A DNA stretch of 55,556 bases, counting the filler, from Sluysia triapertura (taxonomy: Eukaryota), in the NCBI GenBank assembly GCA_046118255.1. It is 4 parts of 4 records of this genome, joined end to end, with 100 filler letters (N's around TTAATTAATTAA, not from the genome) between each part and the next. Parts side by side here need not be neighbours in the genome. Positions count along the whole stretch, not along the records: positions 26,960 to 39,983 come from JBJNIA010065187.1; positions 40,084 to 55,556 come from JBJNIA010227237.1; 2 more parts are not named here. One strand, 5' to 3'. The notes below the pieces were generated by a model that made no database searches, was not told the DNA's origin, and saw only the letters and a list, made by a program, of their open reading frames with translations. This document shows, in pieces, positions 37,803 through 50,795 of the stretch (position 1 is the first letter of the stretch; each line of letters starts with the position of its first letter). The translations under genes and the position numbers were made by a program.

Positions 37803-39149
37803 TGTAAAATATTTTTGTGTAATATATTTTTTATTTTAATGTAAAGCATTTTTAATTTTATTATAATTTTACTTTTGAAATTATTATTATTAAATGATTA
37901 TTATTATTTTATTTCTGAAAATTTTATTAAAATTATTAAATTATTATTGAAATTAAAATCATTGTTTTAATTATGAAAATTACTAATTTAGAAATAAAAC
38001 TTCTAAAAATAAATACGTAAAAAATTATAAATAGCGAAAAATTAATGAACCTTGAGTTTTTTGAGTTACACAATTTATAAAGTTATAAAGTTTAATATTT
38101 GAAAATCTATGTTTGGAATTGGAGTTATTAATTATTGATTATTCAACAATTATAAAATAACAATTTGAAATATTGATTAGATTGTACTGTTTTACAAAGC
38201 CGAATATTAATTTTTCAAAAATATAATAACAATTTTCGTTAGTTTAAATTACTACTTTTTATAAAAAAATTATTAAATCATAATTAATTCATTAGCAAAT
38301 TCTTAATTTGCAGATATAAAATTAAGTGATATTATTATTGAATAATAATTTTAAAATGAAGATTATTATTATGTGAATTTATTGAGTAATTTTTTAGTAT
38401 TTTTGTTACTTTTGAATATTTTCTGATTACAGTATCGAGTCTTACTCTAACGTTATTGTGCAATCTTAATTAACCTTGTTTTATTAAAAAGACTGATTGA
38501 TTTTATTATAGTCGATTATACTATCAATTTGTTACTCATAAATATATTCAAAAAGTTTTTTATTGAGTTTTTTACGAATTCATTGTAATTCATTCGGAAA
38601 TTTTGCATGAAAGTCTAACCAAATTTATTAAACCAAAGATATTTAGAAATAACGTAAAACACATTATTGACCTCCAACTTTCTTGTATATTTTTATTTTA
38701 TTTTAATGTATGCTTATGATCCTGGTTCTCACTCTGTGCATCAGTTATATGTTAAAATGTTATAATATTAAACTTTTAATATGTTATTTCAAATTTATTT
38801 TCTAATTGTTGAATGATCAATAATTAATAACTCGCAATTCCAAAAATAGATTTTCAAAGATTATACTTTATAACTTGTGTAACTCAAAAAACTCAAGGTT
38901 CATTAATTTTTCGCTATTTATAATTTTTTACGTATTTATTTTTAGAAGTTTTATTTTTAAATTAGTAATTTTCATAATTAAAACAATGATTTTAATTTCA
39001 ATAATAATTTTATAATAATAATTTAATAATTTTAATAAAATTTTCAAAAATAAAATCATAATAATAATAATTTCAAAAGTAAAATTATAATGAAATTAAA
39101 AATTGTTTTACATTAAAGCAAAAAATATATTACACAAAAATAATTTACA
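37803..39149. repeat. Long diverged inverted repeat (arms ~37803-38172 and ~38785-39149), foldback or long-TIR element-like
   Basis: For example gaaccttgagttttttgagttacaca vs tgtgtaactcaaaaaactcaaggttc. The arms differ by scattered SNPs and indels. Confidence 0.9.
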
Positions 39150-39983
39150 ATAATAACAAAAATGTGATTTGATAATACTTTGTATAATAATAATAATATA
39201 AATAATAATAATAAAATTAAATAATAATAAATAATAATAACAGCTATATTTAATAATAATGACAACAAAACTGATATTGAAAATTACAAACAACATAATG
39301 TATTATACTCTCAATCACATTGTTTTAATTAACATACAGATAGTAAGTGTTATCGTTATTGTGAATAAAATTATAATAATAAATTATAAAATTTTAATAA
39401 TGTAGCAAATTATCTATATAGAATCCATAATGAGTGTCAAATTACTGGAAGATTATGAAATACATAAGAAAAGGCAAAGTTCTTCTGTTTCAGAAATATT
39501 ATAGTGAGCGTTATTATTTTGAGCGTTTTTTGAATATTTATTTTGCAGAAGGTATGGCTGCAATATGAATTAATATATTACCATTGTTATCATTATCATT
39601 ATCACTAAAGACAATTTCATTACAATAATAATTAAAATATCAACTATATTCCTTTTGCATAATTAAAATATTACACAATTTATTTCATAACGTGATTTAT
39701 TTCATGACAATAATTTTTCTATTGCAAATTCCTCTATGGTGACATTTTATTAAGTGGCCAATTTCTTTCATATTTAATTTCCTTCTATATGTCAAAGGTA
39801 TATTTTTCGAAACATCTTTAATCTTTAATAATAACAATAATGGATAACAATGATAAAATAGTTGTAAAGTATAAACATGATAAAGTATAAACAATGATGT
39901 AAAATTAGTCATATAAAATCATGTAAAACATTAATATTAATCATAAATAAACATTCGTAATATTAGTTATATTAATAAACATT

Positions 39984-40083
39984 NNNNNNNNNNNNNNNNN
40001 NNNNNNNNNNNNNNNNNNNNNNNNNNNTTAATTAATTAANNNNNNNNNNNNNNNNNNNNNNNNNNNNNNNNNNNNNNNNNNNN
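39984..40083. other. Artificial scaffold-joining spacer
   Basis: N44-TTAATTAATTAA-N44. Confidence 0.95.
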
Positions 40084-41301
40084 TGTAAATTATTGTCATG
40101 ATTTTGAATTCTATTCTTGCTTTTATTGTCAACCAATGTAATTCCTTAAGATAAGGTGTTGCAAGAGATCTTCTTCCCACTTGGAGAATTAGTCTTGCTG
40201 CTTGATTAATTATTAATTGTTATTTTTTCACTTTTCTATATGAAATTGATTACAATAATAAAACCATTGTTAAAGATGATGTAAATATGTCCGGAGCTTC
40301 AGAGTAGAATCGAATGAGAAACTCTGTCTTGACAAGTGCGCCATTGAATAGTGCAGCTGAAACTTAAATTGACGAATACTTAGATTATCTGAATTATACT
40401 TAAATTGAATTAAAATAATATTTAAAACAAAATATTCTTTTTTATTTTTATATACACTGCCATTTCAAATATCAAGGAAGAGTTAACATTATAATTTATT
40501 TTGGGATGTTATTTGAAGTGATTTGAAAATATAGACAAATTTGAAGATTATTTTAAAATTTTTGCATAATTTCGAAGTAATTACCGCCAAGTATAAATTA
40601 GTTTCAAATTTAAAGCATTAACATACAATTTATGACTTCTCTCTTCGATAATTAATTGCAAAACAATACTCAGTTCCATTCATTGTCGCATTACGAAGCG
40701 GCATCTTTTGTTAAAGACGAATGAAATTTTAAATCCGATTTTGCAAACAGAAAAATATTTTTAAAATTTCAGTAGATATTAATCAAATACAATATGATAT
40801 TTGAAAATTTGAATTAACAAAATTAATCCATCTTCATACCCATCTACAAACACACACAAATAAAGAGAGTGAGAGAGTGAGAAGAAAGTATTATTCATAA
40901 AATATCGATTTTTATTTTATTTAATTAATTAGTCATTGCGATTTCTTAATACAATTATTGATTATGTTCTCGAAATAATACACACACATGCACATACACA
41001 CTCGATAACTTATATTTAGAAAGTGATTGTGCAGCATTTTACATTTATTACAAAAATAGAAACAAATTGTAAAAGCACGTGAGATTATAATGAATATGTT
41101 TCACAGATGTCGATAAATTTATAGATAACTGCACGCTTTTTTATTGGATGGTGTAAACCTCGTCTAATCGGAAAAAGATCGATAGACTGATGGAAATAGT
41201 ACTTATAGAAAATTATTAAGTCTGAGAAGGATAACATAATATAGTAATGAAGAGGTCTTAGTTATAAATAATGCTGTAAACATTTATCGACACATGTTTG
41301 G

Positions 41302-42056
41302 AATAAAACAAAATGATTATTAATTCTTTTGCTCCGAGGATTGTTACCAGGTAATTTAATATTAGAAATCTTAGTAGAAAATAAATTTTGTAAGTAACCA
41401 CATTCTAAAAATATTTATTGGTCCTTTTTCTATCTTTGTATAAATAAGTTCTATGAATAAGTTCATGGTCATCTGAAGGCAGTTTGAAAATCGAAATGTC
41501 AGATGCTGATGTAGTAATTTACGAACAATTTATTCATGAATTACTATGACCAAATAGATCATCTAGGCACAAAACATCGACAGCACATTTTCACTAAAAA
41601 CTCGTACTAAAATAAGTAATACCTTTACGATCGCGTGTTATTTATTAAATTTCGAGCTTTCTTCAGATCTTAAGTCGATTTTCAATCACTCAGATGTGTA
41701 TCAGTCAATTTCTGTTTATATTTCGTAAATCGGAAATGTCATTTTCTCAACATGGATTTTATTTGTGTTTACATTTATTGATTTTTCCAAGAAAAACTAC
41801 TCCCTCTTCAAATTCAAGTATGAAATATTGCCTTTTTTTACTTCTAGATGATTCACGCATGAATTAAAATTGATCATAATAATTGAAATGTATTCATAAC
41901 CGCGTGTATTAGCCATTCTCTTGAAGATAGAAAAAGGACCAATAAATAGTTTTAGTATTAATTTTCATTATAATATTTCGTTATAAACACATTTCTAATA
42001 TTAAATTACCTGGCAACAATCTTCATCGCAAAGGAATTTCCCGATAATGTTTTATT
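41302..42056. mobile_element. MITE-like element with ~135-bp imperfect terminal inverted repeats
   Basis: gattgttaccaggtaatttaatattagaaat / atttctaatattaaattacctggcaacaatc and tatttattggtcctttttctatctt / aagatagaaaaaggaccaataaata. Confidence 0.7.
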
Positions 42057-42236
42057 AATAGAGGCGGGGATGTATCCCCTTCTTATTCATTATTTAAGCA
42101 AACAAAAAAGAGTAATTTGAACAAATTCAAAATTAAATAAATACCTGGATAATATTACAGTAGAATTACAACAGTTAGTGTGGTAGTTTTCTGCTTTGAT
42201 CTAAATTGTGTTATTTTCTTTTACTTAGATGCAAAT

Positions 42237-45200
42237 ATGAATAGAAAAAGTTGTTCAAGCAGTAACAACAAACAAGTTTCCTTAGAAGAAGATATAATCT
42301 TGTTGCTAGGCGATGGTCAAGTTGGAAAAACTAGTTTGATCAAACGGTTTTTATTTGACGAATACGATGAAAAGTACACATCGACTGTGGAGGATGATTA
42401 CGTGAAACAGTTCGAAATTAATGAGTGGGTGTACTCGATTCAGTTCCTGGATACCAGCGGACGATACACGTTCCCGGCCATGCGACGACTGAACATAGGA
42501 CGGGCTACTGCTTTTGTGCTCATGTTCTCAATAACCAATGACAAGTTATAATATTTATTATTATCAAGGATTTTGGTTCTATTACAAAGAACTGATATTA
42601 TTAATAGAAGTTATATTCTATGCGCATTCAACAGATTCCTCATTTCTTAGTTCTTTTAACAAGTCTTCTGTGATAGATTTAATAGGGACTGTTTTTACTG
42701 TGTTACGTATTATTTCGTATTTATTAAATGTGGCCTGATTTGTCATCACATAAACAAATCATGCTCAAGGTCAATAATAAAGTAACTGTTGCAATGTGTA
42801 ATTCTTATTCTTACTCAATTATTTTCTATTTAGACTTACTTATTATAGTCTGAAAGACAATTTTGCACATATTGTTTATATTTAAATCTGAAATAGGTAG
42901 TATCTAAGTGTACAAAGACAAGATAAACAAAGAAGACTCAATTTATAACTAAAATACCGATCAAAATAAAACCATACGAATTTCAACACAAACCTGATTT
43001 GTACCATTTGTATCAATTTTACTCTTCTATGATGCCAAATCACGATACCATTAGCAAGTTCAGAAACTATATCTTTCTTACTTGTATAACCAAGAAGAGG
43101 TAGTAGTAGTACTAGTGACACTCGATTAACTGGTAATCTGCATTTTCTATTTCTACTTACAGCCAATATTGACAAAACAGAAGCATTCCTCCATTGGATA
43201 CGGTTCAAATTGCGTCATATGATGTTCTTGAGCAGTATTCTAAAGATGGTGTAAACTAGGAACATTTTGGTAGCAGGATCTTTGGATAGATCTGTCAATA
43301 TAATGGAATTATTTACTGAATCCATCTCTACGGTAAGATCGGAAAGTATCTTTTCCAGCAGAACAATTTTTCTTTCGATAATGTTTAATAAAATTTGTAC
43401 TTAATAAAGATATAAGTACAAAGATTGAAATGAGAATTTCATTATCATCATTTTTGACATGGATGAATTGTTGTAAGAAGAGGATTTAAAATGTTGAGAT
43501 TGAGGAGGAGGAGGAGGGTTGTGATGTGTTTAAAGATTGTGTGGTTTAACTTGGGAGAATTTAGTTTAATATATCGTAGTAGGCTAATTGGGTTAATAAT
43601 AATAATAAATAAATAAATAAATATAAATAAATAAATAATAAATAACAATAACCAAAGTTATAAAAATGAAAATAATAATAATAACACAATTTTATAATCA
43701 AAAGAAAGTAAAATTTTAATTCTTCAAAAGAAATGCAAGAATAATAATTTTAACNNNNNNNNNNNNNNNNNNNNNNNNNNNNNNNNNNNNNNNNNNNNNN
43801 NNNNNNNNNNNNNNNNNNNNNNNNNNNNNNNNNNNNNNNNNNNNNNNNNNNNNNNNNNNNNNNNNNNNNNNNNNNNNNNNNNNNNNNNNNNNNNNNNNNN
43901 NNNNNNNNNNNNNNNNNNNNNNNNNNNNNNNNNNNNNNNNNNNNNNNNNNNNNNNNNNNNNNNNNNNNNNNNNNNNNNNNNNNNNNNNNNNNNNNNNNNN
44001 NNNNNNNNNNNNNNNNNNNNNNNNNNNNNNNNNNNNNNNNNNNNNNNNNNNNNNNNNNNNNNNNNNNNNNNNNNNNNNNNNNNNNNNNNNNNNNNNNNNN
44101 NNNNNNNNNNNNATAATAGTAATAATTGCTAATAATAATAACAATATTGGTAATAATAATATTGGTAATAATGATAATAATAGCAATAATAATAATAATC
44201 GTAATAATAATGATAATAATAGTAATAATAATAATAGTAATAGTAATAATGATAATAGTAATGATACTAATAATAGTAATAAGAATAATAATAGTAATAA
44301 TAATAATGATAATAATAATCAAAAATTAATAATGACAAATTTAGTTAAAGTTTTTTATTTGATAATGAATATTAGATCGAAAATGATGATAATGATGATC
44401 TAGGAATGGTGAAATAAATTTTGTGAAAGGTCTTAGAAAGTACGTGGAGATATGGAGACTCACTAAATTTTTTGATTGACTTTTTATTACAGTTCAATGA
44501 TCCGAACAGACTGTTGCTGAATGACGATACACATGTAGAATGGAGTTGTTTTATTTCACATTATTTACTGATCTAAATTCTGAGTTTCGTCAGCCTGGCT
44601 AACGTATTCGTCAATATTATTAAAGCATTGCATTTGTATATTAAGATCGTTGGAATTTCTCGATTCCATTTGGGAAGATATTGTTCAAAAGAAGGGTTCC
44701 AGGCAGTTCCACAAGCAATTCCCCATTGTTTTGGTGGGGAACAAATGCGACATCCTCGGAGATCGGGAGATAACAGAGACGGAAGCACAAGACTGGGCTC
44801 GAGAGAAAGAATTACCTATAGAAAAATTGCTGTTTTGTTCCATGAAATCTGAAATTGGTGTCTACGATATTTTCCAGTCACTGTGGGAACAGAAGGTTTG
44901 TTCTCATACAAAATTAGAATAATTTTGTTAATGTATTTAAAACATTGAGTTAATCGTAATAATAATTCATAAACTGATTAAAACCCCTTTATTTCACACT
45001 AATTTCATTATAATTATCATGCTCAGTATTGTCAATAGTATAATTTTGAGAATATTGATATAAATATAATTATTTTTGTTATTACCACAATTAGAATTAA
45101 TTATTTTGAAAAGAAAATCTTGTTTGTATTATTTAAGGATCTTTTGTCATTCTGCAGCCAATGAAATTAATTCCACTCATCGCAGAACTGGTAAGAAGTT

Positions 45201-46224
45201 ATTAGGTAATGTTTTAACTAATAATTGCATAATTTTTAATAAAGCATTGGTTGTTTCAATTTCTCCGATATTCTGAAATCTTTCGAAGTTCTTAGGCGAA
45301 GACCATCTTCAAATAAATATTTATTCAATAAAAATTAAAAACTTAAAAATTGTTTGTTTTTATTTGATAATGCTGAAGTGGTTCTAGAAATTTATCGGAT
45401 TGTACCAATCCGATGTAATCTTCTTCCTGTTCGTTTTCCGAAGAATTTCATATTAGAAATTACTAGAATGACCTTGAAATAATTTTATAATCAGAGTAAA
45501 ATTGTAGATATCTATTCAATAAACTTGCAATACAGAGATAATGTATTCTATGATCTGGAAAATTAAATAGATGCAGATAAATTGGAAGCACACTAGAAAA
45601 GGTCGCGCAATTCCTTTAATATACTTCCTAATACACCAGATAACCTTTCACTATGTCTTATTGATTAGACTGGGATCCAAATGGAAAATGTTTATCGATC
45701 ATATAAAGCTGTACGATCAACAATGAGCTCTAAGAAAGTCTTATAGTTTTAATTTTGACTATCCTCTGAGTTCATTTCATAACGGGTAGCTTCTTATGTT
45801 TGGTGACACTTGGTCAATATGTAAATATGAAATAAAAATAATTACTCACTTCAGATATTTGAAACTTAAACAACGTTTTCAAGAACCTAAAATATTACTA
45901 AATTAATAACGAAATTTTTCTAAATATCCGCCTTAAATAATACCCATTTTGTAATAGGTCCTTCTGAAGTCGCATTTACGAACTCCGCTGAAATCGAATT
46001 CCAAATTACATCTGAAAAAACAAACAGCAGATATAGCACCATCTCTTCTTCAAATGTCCCCATTGTCTTCAAGCAGATCTGCTAGTTCCTCTAATTCACC
46101 GGGACGAAGAAGGTTCAGTGCATTTGCTGGAATCATGGAATTCAAGTCGCCAAGCAAAGCTGTTAATCAAAATGTAACATCTATTGCTGCTTCGAAATCG
46201 TCTGATAGACGTAATTCCAGGCCC
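42237..46224 (+). CDS. Ras-family small GTPase, RASD/Rhes/Ras-dva/Di-Ras type; exons 42237-42544, 44646-44895, 45958->46224 (C-terminus in the N gap)
   Basis: G1 GDGQVGKT; G2 YTSTVED; G3 DTSGRYTFPAMRRLNI; G4 VLVGNKCD; G5-like CSMK. GT-AG junctions keep the frame (DK|SLEFLD; EQK|VLLKSH). Confidence 0.9.
43450..43600 (-). mobile_element. Possible LINE reverse-transcriptase fragment in Ras intron 1
   Basis: NPISLLRYIK..KL..TIFKHI...NILNPL resembles RPISLL..ISK..EK.I....NIL...Q. Similar strand-biased tracts at 26960-27160 and 49350-49900. Confidence 0.3.
44113..44330. repeat. Degenerate (AAT/AGT/GAT)n low-complexity tract next to a gap
   Basis: Read directly; explains the poly-Ile ORFs. Confidence 0.9.
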
Positions 46225-47814
46225 NNNNNNNNNNNNNNNNNNNNNNNNNNNNNNNNNNNNNNNNNNNNNNNNNNNNNNNNNNNNNNNNNNNNNNNNNNNN
46301 NNNNNNNNNNNNNNNNNNNNNNNNNNNNNNNNNNNNNNNNNNNNNNNNNNNNNNNNNNNNNNNNNNNNNNNNNNNNNNNNNGAATATTGGCATGCAACAA
46401 AACAAATGTTATAACTGGTTGTAATATAAAATACGCTTTATAGTTGGATATTTTTGTTTCTAAAAATATTGAACATAAAGATTTAATTTTAGAAAGTGAC
46501 AATACAAAGACAAAGTAATAAATAAAAGTATTTAGATGTAAAATTAATAATTAAATTTTAAGCGAAATTATATATTTATTAAGTCGGATAATTTCTGAAA
46601 ATCTTAACTAATAAATATCGCATTCCAAATTATGTCACTTATGTTTTTATGTTTATTCATTTGAAAGGAGTTATTAATTAATATATATAATTAATTAATA
46701 TATACATAAAAATAGAGGCAAAATCACAAGATTTTTTTCTAAACAGCTTTTGCATCTAAAAACATAAAATTGTAGAAAACAATTACACGGTATTAGTAAC
46801 ATGTACAAACCTGCAAACTCATCAAAAACATACCTCGGTATTATAACTACGATAATTTTTTATAGTATATTTCTGGAACACTCCAGAACATTATGGAATC
46901 CAATGAAATGTCATTTGTTGTAGCTATTTTCATTTTACGTACATTTGATTATATTTGACATTTTATGTTAAACAAAATCAACAAATCATGAGTTATTTCG
47001 AAATATAGATATTGAAATTTTAGGTAAACATTTTATTATATTGTGACATTTTCTATAATACACAAATTTCTTTAATTTTAAAACGTATTAAATGTTTCAC
47101 GTATATGGCTTCGTTTGACTCCATATTACGTAATACTAGAATAATACTGGTTTATATAAGAATACATACTTTTGATGAAAAATTGATTGTGCTCTTAAAT
47201 TTTATGTCCACGTTTATAATATCTAAGAATGGTATAAATATTATAAGATGAAAGCATCACTACTTTTTAATGTATTTGCATTAATTTAAAATTAATTATA
47301 TCGTGGTTTAAACCAAACATATAAATCACTGAAACTTTAATTTTACATATCACTTCATATCAAGTCTACTATTTATTAAAAACGTACCTTTCCAATTAAT
47401 ACTGAACTACTTTAATACTTTGTTATTAATATTAATTGTATTATTAATACAAAAATTATTAATTAATCTACTTACAAGCATTAATAGACAAGTTACAAAT
47501 ATTGTAATTACAAAAAATGTGCAATAAAATATTATTGAAATTTGAGACTGTTTAGTTGAAGTAATGTTATATTAAAATAGATTATCAAAATATTCTATCC
47601 AAAATTGTTACAATTAAATAATTTCATAAACTCTTCAGACTTGTTAAATTTTAATAGGATTTGAAAATATAATCTTTATACAAGAAATTAATTTTTACTT
47701 TATTCATTAACGAAAAACTGCAATAACAAAAGCTGAAACTATTTATTAAATACAGATACCTAAAGTTTGAAATTTGAAAAAATTTATCTTTTCTCTGTAT
47801 ATACCTCGTAATCA

Positions 47815-48528
47815 TTAAGGTTCTGCAAAGTCCTGAAGTGTAATATCCGACAAGACGCTGATTCTGAAATTATGATCATTCAGGTTGAATGGTGAACCAA
47901 AGAGATTATTAGTTTCAAAAATATCATAACTGTAGATACAGTCTCCGCCATATCTGGAACACTTTCCGCTTTGTGTTTTTGCATACAAACACAAGCAGCA
48001 TTTATAATATGTAAATCGACGAAGATAAATTTGGGAATTTTTATATGATAACTCCTCGTCAACGTAACGATGTTTTGAGTTGACGACATTTGAACTGGAT
48101 TTAGCCAGATCTTTTGTTACTGGAGCAATTTTACTTGTGAAAACAACTGAATCGACGTCGATAAGGAAGTGTAAACGATTACATTTTATGATTAATAAAA
48201 TTTTCAACGAAATATGATCCAAGATTTGATGTTTAAATAACACAGTTTCAATAATGGTTACTTTATGCATAAATAGTTTTAAATTTTGATTAAAATTCAT
48301 CTTTGTAGAATTAACTGTTAAGTATCCATTACCTGAAGCCATACGAATCATACGTGCGTCTAACATAAGTTTTGATACAAATTGTTCTAAAATTGTAGCA
48401 TGTATATGAAGATCGTTGATGGTTACTCCAAAACCAATAAATTCTGGCGAATGTCGATAAGGTTTACTTTGTATAAAGTATTTTCGATTAATTGATAACA
48501 TGTTGAATCTTTTAGATGCTTGGCCCAT
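47815..48528 (-). CDS. Intronless 237-aa orphan ORF with a degenerate Unkempt-type CCCH zinc finger
   Basis: ATG-initiated long ORF containing YYKCCLC-x9-C-x6-C-x3-Y. Confidence 0.6.
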   Translation of the reverse strand: MGQASKRFNMLSINRKYFIQSKPYRHSPEFIGFGVTINDLHIHATILEQFVSKLMLDARMIRMASGNGYLTVNSTKMNFNQNLKLFMHKVTIIETVLFKHQILDHISLKILLIIKCNRLHFLIDVDSVVFTSKIAPVTKDLAKSSSNVVNSKHRYVDEELSYKNSQIYLRRFTYYKCCLCLYAKTQSGKCSRYGGDCIYSYDIFETNNLFGSPFNLNDHNFRISVLSDITLQDFAEP

Positions 48529-50795
48529 TGTTGCATATTTGAAACGACAAATAAAACAAATAAGTTTTATGTAAATAATATTCTAACACAATAAATAAAA
48601 ATTTTTACTTTAATTTTGCTGCCAGTAATTATAACGAGACAATGAAATGAAATTAATGTATTAATCTCTAATTAATAAAATTGTAGCTCGTTACTTTTCA
48701 ATGGTATTATCAGTTATACTCCAATTGTTTGTAAATTGCCAAATTAATTTGTTGATATAATCTTTAACTGCCTGTGTTCAACTTTTTAATTGTACCCTTT
48801 CACAATAAATACACAAAATGTTTATAAGACAGATCTGTAACCAATGATTAAACATCCAATCATGTATATATTAAGTTGAATAGAATGTTGTTAATGTTAT
48901 TTTGACATGATTGGATGTCAACATTTGAATAATTATGTAAGAAAAGAAACTGATTGGACAGATTTAATGAAGGAAAGTAAACATCATCAGTGTAGATTCA
49001 GAAAAGCAGATGTAAAAAATTAAATTAAAAGCTGTCAATTGATGACTGGTTGTAGTGGTCAATAACAGAATTTAATAGTACAAAAACAGCAACATTGACT
49101 CTCAAGATGACAATAAAATGGTTACTACGCTAATAATAGTTATGATAATGATGAAATAGTTAATTTTAATAATAACAAGAATTATCAAAAAGATGAAAAC
49201 ATAAATTTCTTTTGATTTTACAACACGATCATTTCTCGACATAAAATGAATAAGATTGCCTAAATAATATTCCTTTTATCTATGTTATCTTATAATTTTC
49301 TAAATAAATTTTGCAACACAAGTTTTGAATCTTGCTACTTTTGAAAAAGAATTTGTTGAGTGATTACTAAGGTGTGAATTATATAAAAAAAGCTGATAAG
49401 AAAATGTTTGGAAGAAATGATTGATAACTGAAATGTTTAAGAGATGTTATTTTGATTACAATGTCTAAAAATGGTTTCGAAGTGTTAATTTAATTTAATT
49501 CATATGAAGATTATGAATTTGAGATATTTTGAATTGATTTGAAAGTGTCAGTTCGTTAATTTAGGATGTGATTGTGATTCTAATGTTATATAATCCTTTA
49601 TACATATTTTAGAAGATATAGATTGATAATTTTAAAAGAACGTTTAAGTAAATATTGATGGCTTTGCGAATCATTATGATTTGGATATTGTAAGCTTGTA
49701 AATTGATGGTTTTAAATGTAATTGTAATTTTGATATTATGAATTATGGTTTGAAATGTTTTAAGTAAAATTTAATGTGCCTTAATGGTCTGAACGTGAAT
49801 GTAATTTTTCTGTTATAAAGTATGAAATAGAAATGTTTATTGGAAGTAAAGGAAATAAAATATGAAAAGGTTTAGATGTAAGAGTTAAACGCAATTTGGT
49901 GATGGCGAAGAAATATTTAATTTATTCAAAATCTTAAATTTTATAAAAATTCTTAAAATTTTAATTTTATATTTAACAATATTTAAATAAACAAAATTAT
50001 TAAAAACATTAGTCGCAAGGCCCTTTACAAATGAACCATTTTAACGAAGAATTTATTGAATAAAAACGAAACAATCAGAACAAAAATATATAATAAAATG
50101 TGTACATTTTGAAGGCTTTAATCTCTTTAAAATTTTATTTAACTTTATGAACAAATTAAAACCCAAGTTATTTATACGGATTAAACATTTAAGATATAAT
50201 TTACTTTTGGATATATACTTTGGATATATATACTTTTGGATATAATTTATATTTCAAATTATCAAAACAAATTAAACCTTTAAACATTAAACGATTTAAA
50301 CTTTCTAAAAATAAATTATGAAACAAAAAAGGCCTAATGCCTTTAAAAACAAGACTTAATTTTAGAAACATATGAGCAACAAAATTTGGAAACTTTTTAT
50401 TAAGCAACAGGATAAAAATTAAAAACATAAAAATAAGGTATATCCAGTAGCATTTCCATTGATAAACGTTTTTGACTATTTGGTTTTGTAGTTAAGTTTA
50501 ATAACATCGTTGAATTTATCATTGAAACCAATTATTACATAAATAATTTTGTATAACTTTTAAATATCGATTTTTTAAACTTCGTATTTTATTAATATTA
50601 ATTATTTTAATTTTATTTCATTTTATAATTTCAGGTGATATCGTGGCAGGGTTAGTAATAATAATAATAATTAATTAATGTAATTGTAATATTAAATTGA
50701 TTATCATTCTATATGAATAAGATATATTCAATTTCAGTATTTTATGTACAATTGAATTACTTTCTTAATGATATCCTTTTGCGTTTTGATATATT

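Noticed and set aside
43716-44329. Poly-Ile/Leu and X-filled ORFs (also 46167-46502)
   Set aside because: Products of AAT low-complexity DNA and N gaps.
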